This document shows, piece by piece, positions 17,033 to 24,492 of a stretch of DNA of 33,726 nucleotides; within the stretch, counting starts at the first letter, position 1; every line of letters starts with the position of its first letter. The stretch covers positions 1-33,726 of IMG/VR virus record IMGVR_UViG_3300037419_000887; one strand, 5' to 3'. Under the pieces are notes generated by a model. It searched no databases. It saw only the letters and a list, made by a program, of their open reading frames with translations, and was not told the origin of the DNA. A program made the position numbers and the translations under genes. This stretch comes from a virus. Taxonomy: Duplodnaviria > Caudoviricetes.

Positions 17033-17446
17033 AGCAATCACCTCCAATTTCTTGTATATATTATACCAGAAATAAATAAAATTTGTGTAAATATATCCCG
17101 ATTATCAAAACCGTGGAATGGGCGTTTCGCCTCCCTTTCCACACCTTTCCCCACTCTGACAAAGCCCTCGACACTCGGTCTCACTCTTTGTCATGCGTTT
17201 TGGATTTTTTAAAATGTGGAATGCCTTACTCCTCGCTGTGTTTGCGATTCTTTTTATCAGATGGGTACCCTAAAACTTATTATTTTATGATTTTTTAATA
17301 TCTTTCGTTTAAAATATTTTTCATTATTTTTTACTTTTTTTAACAAATTTTATTTTTTTATATTATAATGTATTCAGATATAAAAAGACAATAAAAATAA
17401 ATTGTTGCGCTGGCATAGTCCGCGAAACAAAATAGGAGTGAAGAAA

Positions 17447-17671
17447 ATGGATGTTGCTATTCTTTTACGTGGTGGAACTGGTTTTATTGCTAGAGGTCTT
17501 GAGGTTGATTCGTTTGATGAGTTTGTAAAAATAATCGAAAGACAAATTAATGAAGCACCCGATGACCCGATTCTATTCGGTGACATTGTTGTTATGCCTG
17601 ATGATATTGAAAAGATGATTGAGATTGATGAAGAGATGACGACTACACTTATGAGAGAAGGTATTGAATAA
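17447..17671 (+). CDS. Hypothetical acidic protein
   Basis: ATG 17447 after AGGAG; TATAAT at 17364. Confidence 0.7.
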   Translation: MDVAILLRGGTGFIARGLEVDSFDEFVKIIERQINEAPDDPILFGDIVVMPDDIEKMIEIDEEMTTTLMREGIE

Positions 17672-17994
17672 TGAAACAATATAACGGTAACTTTGAAGCA
17701 ACGATGAAGACTGATGAGTTTATGACGATTGCATTTGATCTACAAGAGTTTGAACAGAAGCTTAACATGAATGTGGTGTTCAAAGATAATGAATGGGTTC
17801 CGGTCGGACTGTTCTATATGGGTCATCCATATGAATGGGATTGTCCTGGATGTGGTGAGAGTCACTGGTCAAAAGATACAATGACATGTGATATCAACGA
17901 TAACTTAATGATGGAACTGTGGGATCGCATAACTGACTCACCTGAGTTCAAGGCGTACATATATGGAGCAATGCTTGAGGACATTATCAATTAA
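17671..17994 (+). CDS. Hypothetical protein with CxxC..H..C motif
   Basis: TAATG coupling; WDCPGCGESHWSKDTMTC. Confidence 0.7.
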   Translation: MKQYNGNFEATMKTDEFMTIAFDLQEFEQKLNMNVVFKDNEWVPVGLFYMGHPYEWDCPGCGESHWSKDTMTCDINDNLMMELWDRITDSPEFKAYIYGAMLEDIIN

Positions 17995-17995
17995 A

Positions 17996-18025
17996 CAAAA
18001 AGAGGATATGATATCCTCTCTTTTG
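17996..18025 (+). terminator. Intrinsic terminator
   Basis: AGAGGATA-tga-TATCCTCT followed by CTTTT, with an A-tract on the 5' side. Confidence 0.7.
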
Positions 18026-18044
18026 CATGGAGTCATGACATCGT

Positions 18045-18462
18045 GTGGCGCGCTGGGCGGGGGCAAGGCGGGACGGTAGGATGTAGGGGTAGGCATAGGG
18101 TAGGGTATAGTGGTAATGATGTTATTGCCTTTGTTCAAATGCGTTTGAAGTATCCGGGGTAGGTTTTAAGTACGGGGGATGGGGTGATCACTTGTCTTTG
18201 CTTCTGCTATTCATCGGGTATATCCGGGGGTAGGGGTGGCATAGGTGCATGATTATGTTCGATGTCAATAAAGATAATTAATTGTTTTCGATTTCATCCT
18301 AGATTTTAACGTACCGGGGGTAGGGTGAGGGGTACATGGGGTCTTGCCTCTTGAATTTTTGGCATGGGAGGGGTGACCCATAGAGGATATGCTCGGTCAA
18401 TCCCTTGCGAGAGTAAGAGTTTGAAGTTCTTTCAAGAGTAAAGCTGGCTTGGATCCCCCCGG
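18045..18462 (+). repeat. G-rich non-coding tract with CGGGG(G)TAGG repeats next to the cos candidate
   Basis: Copies at 18151, 18171 (variant), 18221 and 18312; inverted CCCCCCGG at 18455; four G-tracts at 18316-18341. Confidence 0.8.
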
Positions 18463-18500
18463 CTTTTAAAATTTAAATTTATTGAAAGTTCTGTACACCA

Positions 18501-18509
18501 CGCGTCCCC
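18501..18509 (+). other. Candidate cohesive end (cos) CGCGTCCCC
   Basis: GC-rich 9-mer in the context ATCCCCCCGG-AT tract-ACACCA[CGCGTCCCC]...CACACTTTTTTCCC, between HNH and terS; resembles the 3'-overhang cos of Bacillus gamma-like phages (CGCCGCCCC). Confidence 0.55.
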
Positions 18510-18564
18510 AAGTTTTCACACTTTTTTCCCTTTATTCGGTCGACGGGTCTGATCCGGGTCAGGT

Positions 18565-18624
18565 TTAATCCTTCGTCACATAGATAGCAGCTAATAAAAC
18601 AAGTAAACAAAATATCGTCAACAC
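18565..18624 (-). CDS. 19-aa hydrophobic peptide (tentative)
   Basis: AGAGGTG RBS, GTG start, MLTIFCLLVLLAAIYVTKD. Confidence 0.4.
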   Translation of the reverse strand: MLTIFCLLVLLAAIYVTKD

Positions 18625-18686
18625 GATTCAATCACCTCTTTGTTATTATTTCCTTTCCTGCGTCAAACTATGTCGTCGACAAAACT

Positions 18687-19015
18687 GGTAGCGTTTTTGG
18701 TCATTTGGTAGCAGGAGGTAGCAGGAGAAAATCAGAAGGGAAGAGCTCTAAAGTATTGATATATCTATATTTTTTATAAATTTTAAAAATAAATAAGTAT
18801 ATAATGTTACCTTGTTACCTATGTTACCTAAATATTATTACTCTCAAAAAATGTTTTGTTTAAGAGAGAAGAAAGAAAATCAAAAAACAAATAAAAACAA
18901 AATTTATAAAACTAAAATATTTCGGTAGCAGGTAGCACTTTTGCTCAAACCGTTGGGGCTCTAAGGTTCAACCCTGTTTTTGACCGGTAGCAAAACGGTA
19001 GCGCAAAGTAGTAGC
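18687..19015. repeat. Putative replication origin copy B
   Basis: GGTAGC at 18687, 18707, 18717, 18924, 18931, 18986, 18997 plus AGTAGC at 19010; inverted GTTACC at 18806, 18814, 18823; same 3/3inv/2/3 layout as copy A. Confidence 0.75.
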
Positions 19016-19056
19016 ACCCGCTTTGTTTAACAATTTTAAACTTTTTTGCAACTTCT

Positions 19057-19087
19057 TTGTGCAAAATCGCGTCGAACTTTGATATAG
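19057..19087 (+). promoter_or_regulatory. Phage-specific promoter motif copy 7 (probable late operon promoter)
   Basis: TTGTGCAA-N15-TGATATAG; the only copy seen upstream of the structural genes. Confidence 0.8.
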
Positions 19088-19098
19088 ATATAAGAAGA

Positions 19099-19214
19099 CT
19101 TTTCTAAGTGATTGATCACTCTTGACGGAAAAGCTGAGACACATGGAAGAGTCGTCGATAAGGTTAAGCTTCTGAGTTGATCAGGAGTTTACCCTTGTGA
19201 TAATGACTCACGTG
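19099..19214 (+). ncRNA. Structured RNA leader or small RNA candidate (two hairpins)
   Basis: Hairpin 19099-19133; long hairpin 19142-19214 (GAGTCGT/ATGACTC, ATAAGG/CCTTGT, TAAGCTTCTGA/TCAGGAGTTTA) with G-U pairs valid only on the plus strand. Confidence 0.55.
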
Positions 19215-19244
19215 AAAATACAACATGAACGGAGATATGAATTA

Positions 19245-19550
19245 ATGGCATACATTGCAAAGATTGACCCGAATGGTCGACATATCAATGAGGCAATAGG
19301 TAAATTGAAAAGAGTTAATGTTTCAACAAGTGCGACACTTACTAACTTTTCTGTCACTGTCCCTGATAGTGCTTACGGGGTTATGGTAAAAAAGACACCT
19401 TTCGAGTTCGATATGAAAATAAATGATAATGACTCTATACCTGTTAATGAGGGAGATTATTGGTCACCTTTTGTCGATGGGATAAATACACTTACGATTA
19501 CGACTACTCAAAGTGGTTCTGATAATATCGTACTTGTATTTATTGTATAG
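19245..19550 (+). CDS. Small beta-rich putative virion protein
   Basis: ATG 19245 after GGAG; Thr/Val/Ser-rich; first gene of the late operon. Confidence 0.6.
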   Translation: MAYIAKIDPNGRHINEAIGKLKRVNVSTSATLTNFSVTVPDSAYGVMVKKTPFEFDMKINDNDSIPVNEGDYWSPFVDGINTLTITTTQSGSDNIVLVFIV

Positions 19551-19565
19551 GAGGTTATACGATAA

Positions 19566-20309
19566 ATGACAATTAGACCTTCTATTAAAGGACTCATTCA
19601 AAATACGGTTCAAGCCGAAATTCAAGCAGCAGGTGGTTCCGGTCCAACGGTGCTCAACGCTTCACCTTATTTTGTAGGTGCGGGATCCTGTTACGCTTAT
19701 AACGCGAGCGCGGCGAAATTGAATGTTGGTACAAACGCGAAATTCACTGTTGAAATGTGGTTCAAGCCTGTACCTGGACAATCGCAAAAATATTTAATGA
19801 ATAAAAACTACTCCGCCTCACAATTGGCGATCCTTTATAACTATACCGGATCACCCGGAGTAGAAATCACCGCTCAGGTCGATTTAAGGACTGGGAGCTT
19901 TATGCCGATAACAGAGGGCGTTTGGTCACATATTGCGTATGTTTATGATTCTTCAATTTTAAAGGGTTTCGTTAACGGAGTTAAGCAATTTGAATTAACG
20001 AAAAATTTAGCGCTTAGTTTGACCTTGACGAATATTGTCTACGGAGCAGCGAACACGAGCGGATCGAATGTTTTCAACGGACCAATGAACGAGATTAGGT
20101 TCTGGACGGAAGCAAGAACGGACGCTGATATTATCGCAAATTGGAACAAGGTGTTAGTCAATCCTACAAGCTATCCGAACCTAAAAGAATATTATCCAAA
20201 TACGACCTTTAAATTCGGTACCTCTTTGATTGATTCATCTGTTGGAACGCTTGAAAATCTATCATTAACGGGTACAGCATGGACAATGGATTACCCACCG
20301 ATCTCATAG
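19566..20309 (+). CDS. LamG/concanavalin A-like jelly-roll (lectin-like) protein
   Basis: FTVEMWFKP, WSHIAYVYD, GFVNGV, FNGPMNEIRFWTEART. Confidence 0.85.
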   Translation: MTIRPSIKGLIQNTVQAEIQAAGGSGPTVLNASPYFVGAGSCYAYNASAAKLNVGTNAKFTVEMWFKPVPGQSQKYLMNKNYSASQLAILYNYTGSPGVEITAQVDLRTGSFMPITEGVWSHIAYVYDSSILKGFVNGVKQFELTKNLALSLTLTNIVYGAANTSGSNVFNGPMNEIRFWTEARTDADIIANWNKVLVNPTSYPNLKEYYPNTTFKFGTSLIDSSVGTLENLSLTGTAWTMDYPPIS

Positions 20310-20361
20310 TAAGTAAATATATTATTAAAATTTCATTCTAATAATCTGGAGGTGTTACATC

Positions 20362-20820
20362 TTGCCGAGACCGTCAAAACCCGTCGATGTTAACAGTAAA
20401 CATCTGACAAAAGAAGAGTATGCAATTAGAAAAGAACACGAAACAAAACTCAAAGGCAATTCTGACAAGATCATCCCTTCGGATTATCTGAATGATGAAC
20501 AAAAAGAGATTTTTACCCGGATTGTGGACGAGATGTCTGCGAGTGGGATTCTTTCAAATGTGGACGTGTTCTTGTTGGACGCGTTTTGTGTTTCTATTGA
20601 GCGATTACAATGGATTGATTCACATATCAACCGTGACCCGAACCAAATGCTCAATAAAGATGTGATGTCCGCAAGGCGTCAACACATGGATGATTTCAAG
20701 CGATTATCAACTGAGCTCGGTTTTTCTCCTCAATCGAGAGCGAAACTTGGGAATATCAACTTGCAAAAGAAGCAAGATGATGAGGATCCGTTACTTGCTG
20801 CACTCAAGAGGGTTAAATGA
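20362..20820 (+). CDS. terS: Terminase small subunit (P27-like)
   Basis: MPRPSKP, HLTKEE, PSDYLNDEQKEIF, ELGFSPQSRAKL. Confidence 0.9.
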   Translation: MPRPSKPVDVNSKHLTKEEYAIRKEHETKLKGNSDKIIPSDYLNDEQKEIFTRIVDEMSASGILSNVDVFLLDAFCVSIERLQWIDSHINRDPNQMLNKDVMSARRQHMDDFKRLSTELGFSPQSRAKLGNINLQKKQDDEDPLLAALKRVK

Positions 20821-22502
20821 CGAAACTCTTTGACCTAGCGTATCAGTACGCTACTGATGTAATAAATGGAGATGAAATCGCTCCGAAAGAGGTAAAAATC
20901 GCTTGTAAATGGTTTATTGATGATCTAAAAAAACAAAAAAACGATGATTTTCCTTATGAATTCCGTGACGATTTACTGCAAACAATTGAAGATCTTTTAG
21001 GTCTTATCAACTTTGCTACTGGTCTCGGTACACAAGGGAAAACGATCCTTGAGGGTCTGGCTGCGTTTCAGGCTTTTTTCTTTGCGAATATTTTCGGGTG
21101 GCGGTTCAAAGAGGAAGAAACCCGGTTCAAACATAGGGATGTTACCTTGTTTATACCGCGAAAAAATGCGAAAACGTTTGTGACTGCTGTTATCATGCTC
21201 ATCCTTTTATTAACAGAGGATGATTATTCTGAATTTTACTCGATCTGCATTGACCGGGAACTTGCGCAAGAAGTAAAGAAGGCAATGACTCAAATAATCG
21301 AGGCGAGTCCTGCAATATCAAAATACTTTAAGATTTCTACTGTACTGGGTGGAAAAATAACGTGTAAATTGACAAACTCCTTTTATCAAGCGCGTACCGC
21401 TGAGGCGAATAGGAACAATGCGATTCGTCCTTCTGCTTTTGTTGCGGATGAGGTCGGGGCATTTAAGGACTATGATAATATTTCCGCTATGAAATCAGGA
21501 CAATTGAATGTTAAAAACCCGTTACGATTCAAGCTCACCACTGCTTACGCGGAGGATAAGTCGATCATGCTTGAAGAACTGGATTACATTAAAAAAGTAT
21601 ACGCTGGTTTTATTCAGGATGACCGGATGTTTGCACTTATTTATTATGCGGAAAAAGAGCACCTTTGGGATGATACTGGGTTACTTCAAGCGAACCCGCT
21701 TAGGATTGAGGCAAATTACAATGAAATTCGTGATTCCCGGAAAGCTGCAATTGAAAAACCACTTGAACGTGAAGAGTATCTTTGTAAACACATGAACCAT
21801 TTCCTTCCTTCATCATCCGGTGAGGCGTTTGTGAATATTGAAGATGTTCGAAAAGGTAAACTTGATGAGTTTGATTGGAGCGGTCGTGATGTATGGATCG
21901 GTCTTGACTTATCCCTTACAAATGACAATACATCCTTCACAATGGTAACAGAAGAAGACGGAAACATTTACGCGGATTCTTTTGCTTTCGTTCCTGAAGA
22001 TCGTATTCCTGAGAAAAATCGAAATGAAAAGATAAATTACCATCATTTCATTACTGAAGGAAAATGTTATTCATGCGGTGACATGACGATTGACTATGGT
22101 TTTGTTGAGGATATCATTCTTGAAATCGAAAAGAAATACGGTGTTACGATTCAGGGTATCGCTTATGACCGTTACAATTGTTTATCCACTGCGCAAAGAC
22201 TCGAGCGGGAAGGGTATAAAACAGTTGAAGTAAAACAACACTCTAGTGTTTTACATCCTGCGACAAAGCTATTAAAAGAGAAGATTTTGAGTAATGGTTT
22301 TTATTATTTATCAAATACACTCCTTGAGATCAACTTTCAAAATGCGAGAGCGGTTGAAGATAATAATAAAAATTTATATGTAAATAAAAAGAAATCGAAT
22401 GGTAAGGTCGATATGGTTGTATCTCTTATCAATGCGATTTTCCTTCTACAACAAGATGTGATGTTCAATCCTGAGAGTGATTGGGTTGTTCATGTAATTT
22501 AA
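20817..22502 (+). CDS. terL: Terminase large subunit
   Basis: PRKNAKT Walker A, FVADE Walker B, LTTA, QANP, GLDLSLTND, YDRYN, KVDMVVSLINA. Confidence 0.95.
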   Translation: MTKLFDLAYQYATDVINGDEIAPKEVKIACKWFIDDLKKQKNDDFPYEFRDDLLQTIEDLLGLINFATGLGTQGKTILEGLAAFQAFFFANIFGWRFKEEETRFKHRDVTLFIPRKNAKTFVTAVIMLILLLTEDDYSEFYSICIDRELAQEVKKAMTQIIEASPAISKYFKISTVLGGKITCKLTNSFYQARTAEANRNNAIRPSAFVADEVGAFKDYDNISAMKSGQLNVKNPLRFKLTTAYAEDKSIMLEELDYIKKVYAGFIQDDRMFALIYYAEKEHLWDDTGLLQANPLRIEANYNEIRDSRKAAIEKPLEREEYLCKHMNHFLPSSSGEAFVNIEDVRKGKLDEFDWSGRDVWIGLDLSLTNDNTSFTMVTEEDGNIYADSFAFVPEDRIPEKNRNEKINYHHFITEGKCYSCGDMTIDYGFVEDIILEIEKKYGVTIQGIAYDRYNCLSTAQRLEREGYKTVEVKQHSSVLHPATKLLKEKILSNGFYYLSNTLLEINFQNARAVEDNNKNLYVNKKKSNGKVDMVVSLINAIFLLQQDVMFNPESDWVVHVI

Positions 22503-22521
22503 CAAGGAGGTGAGAATGTAA

Positions 22522-23826
22522 GTGGGATTATTTAGTCGTAAAAAGAAGCCGGTCGAAGAACAACGTGACGCGCTTTCTGATTTACTTGGTTCAAACCTTG
22601 ACCCTTCCGTTATTACAAAAGAGCAAGCGATGGGTATTCCTTCTGTTGCTTCCTGTGTGAACCTTATTTCTGATACGGTGGCAAGTTTACCGATTAAATT
22701 GTATAAGGTTGATGAGAATGGCGATAACCTGGAAGTAAAAAATGACCCGCGTGTTTCACTGTTAAATGTAGATACTGGTGACACATTGAACCCTTACATG
22801 ATGAAAAAAGCAATGATTGAAGATATGCTCATGTACGGGGCTGGTTATACCTATATCAATAAACAAAGAAACAGTGTTCAGTCGCTTAACTATGTGGATA
22901 ACAGACAAGTTGGTGTCAACCTCCTTGACCCGAACCCGATATTCAAAAAGCTTGAATTTGTTATATACGGTCAAAACTATCATGAATGGGAATTTGTGAA
23001 AGTGACGCGTAAAACAAAGGACGGTATTCAAGGTACGGGTGTGATTCAAGAGAACAATAAGCTTTTATCGGTTGCTTATAATCAATTATGCTTTGAAGAT
23101 ATGATGTATCGTACCGGTGGGAACAAAAAGGGATTCTTAAAAGCTGCAAATAAACTTTCAGAAGTGGCAATGAACGCTTTGAAAACTGCCTTTTCGAACC
23201 TTTATTCGAACAATTCCGAAAACGTCATTATCTTGAACAATGGTCTTGAATTTCAAGAAGCAAACAATTCCGCTGTTGAAATGCAGGTCAATCAAAATAA
23301 GATTGCAAATGATGAGGCTATTTATAAGATGTTCAATGTACCGATTGAGCTATTAAACGGTAAAGCTACTGGTGGAAATGAATTGTTGTTTGATTCTTTT
23401 GTTAAACTTGCTATTTTACCTGTTTTAAAAGCTTATGAGACTTCACTTAACCGTGATTTATTATTAACAAAAGAAAAAGGAACGTATGAATTCCGTTTTG
23501 ATACAAATGAGATTCAGAGAGCTGATATCTTAAAACGATTTCAAGCTTATGATTTTGCGGTTAAGAACGGGATCCTTCAAATTGATGAGATTCGGTCAAA
23601 AGAAGGGTACAAGCCTCTTGAACTTGATTTTATCAAGCTTGGTTTACAGGATGTTTTATACTTGCCGGATAAGAAACAAATATATACACCAAATACGAAC
23701 CGATTGACTGGTCTTGGTGAAAAGACTGATCTTCAAGGTGATGAAGCTGAGACTCCTCAACCTTCCGCTCCCTCTGATAAGGAGGTGAAGACAAGTGAAG
23801 ATGAAAGTGGAAATCCGGGACAATAG
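22522..23826 (+). CDS. Portal protein, HK97 family
   Basis: AMGIPSVASCVNLISDTVASLPIKLY, FNVP, GILQIDEIRSKEG; follows terL. Confidence 0.95.
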   Translation: MGLFSRKKKPVEEQRDALSDLLGSNLDPSVITKEQAMGIPSVASCVNLISDTVASLPIKLYKVDENGDNLEVKNDPRVSLLNVDTGDTLNPYMMKKAMIEDMLMYGAGYTYINKQRNSVQSLNYVDNRQVGVNLLDPNPIFKKLEFVIYGQNYHEWEFVKVTRKTKDGIQGTGVIQENNKLLSVAYNQLCFEDMMYRTGGNKKGFLKAANKLSEVAMNALKTAFSNLYSNNSENVIILNNGLEFQEANNSAVEMQVNQNKIANDEAIYKMFNVPIELLNGKATGGNELLFDSFVKLAILPVLKAYETSLNRDLLLTKEKGTYEFRFDTNEIQRADILKRFQAYDFAVKNGILQIDEIRSKEGYKPLELDFIKLGLQDVLYLPDKKQIYTPNTNRLTGLGEKTDLQGDEAETPQPSAPSDKEVKTSEDESGNPGQ

Positions 23827-24472
23827 TGTTATCCTTGATGGTTATGTAAATGTTGTATCACGCGACTCACGTGTTCTCCCTTCTATCAGAGGTAAGTTTG
23901 TTGAGCAGATGGTTCCTAGTGTTTTTAAACGCGCACTTGAAAAGGCTGACAATGTTGACTTACTTTATAATCACAAAAATGATAGAAAACTAGGTTCTAT
24001 TTCTGAGGGTAATCTCGAGCTTTATGAAGATTCAATCGGTCTTCGTGCAATTGCAAAAGTGGATGATCCTGAAGTTGTTGAGCTTGCGAAAAACAAGTCA
24101 CTTCGTGGTTGGTCTTTCGGATTTATCGCTAACGAGGATAAATGGGAAGATGGCGGTGATGTTCAAAGACGTTATGTCTCTGATATTGATCTGCTTGAGG
24201 TTTCGATTCTTTCTGTCACTCCCGCTTATATTGCTACAAGCATTGAAGCAAGAGGTGATGAAGAAGTGATCAAAGAATTGCGTTATGAAGATAATTTCAA
24301 AGATGATGACGCTGATGATGTTGATGACAAAGATGAAGATGAACTCGAAACCACTGAAGAAGGTAAAGAAGTTGAAGAAAACGGTGACGACGATGAAGAT
24401 GATGAGTCAAAAGACCGTTCTCTTGAGGCGTTATATGCCGAGCTACAAAACTATATTACTATCAAAAGATAG
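23795..24472 (+). CDS. Prohead protease, HK97 family, with acidic C-terminal tail
   Basis: LLYNH, LELYEDSIGL, GWSFGF, LLEVSILSVTPAYIATSIEAR. Confidence 0.92.
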   Translation: MKMKVEIRDNSVILDGYVNVVSRDSRVLPSIRGKFVEQMVPSVFKRALEKADNVDLLYNHKNDRKLGSISEGNLELYEDSIGLRAIAKVDDPEVVELAKNKSLRGWSFGFIANEDKWEDGGDVQRRYVSDIDLLEVSILSVTPAYIATSIEARGDEEVIKELRYEDNFKDDDADDVDDKDEDELETTEEGKEVEENGDDDEDDESKDRSLEALYAELQNYITIKR

Positions 24473-24492
24473 TACAAATTGGAGGTACCAAA

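Noticed and set aside
17938-18138. Pro-rich 66-aa minus-strand ORF
   Set aside because: A by-product of the G-rich tract; it crosses a terminator and overlaps the 17671 gene.
19099-19214. Leader as tRNA, SRP RNA, tmRNA or a known riboswitch
   Set aside because: No cloverleaf or T-loop, SRP loop motif or riboswitch consensus was recognisable by eye.
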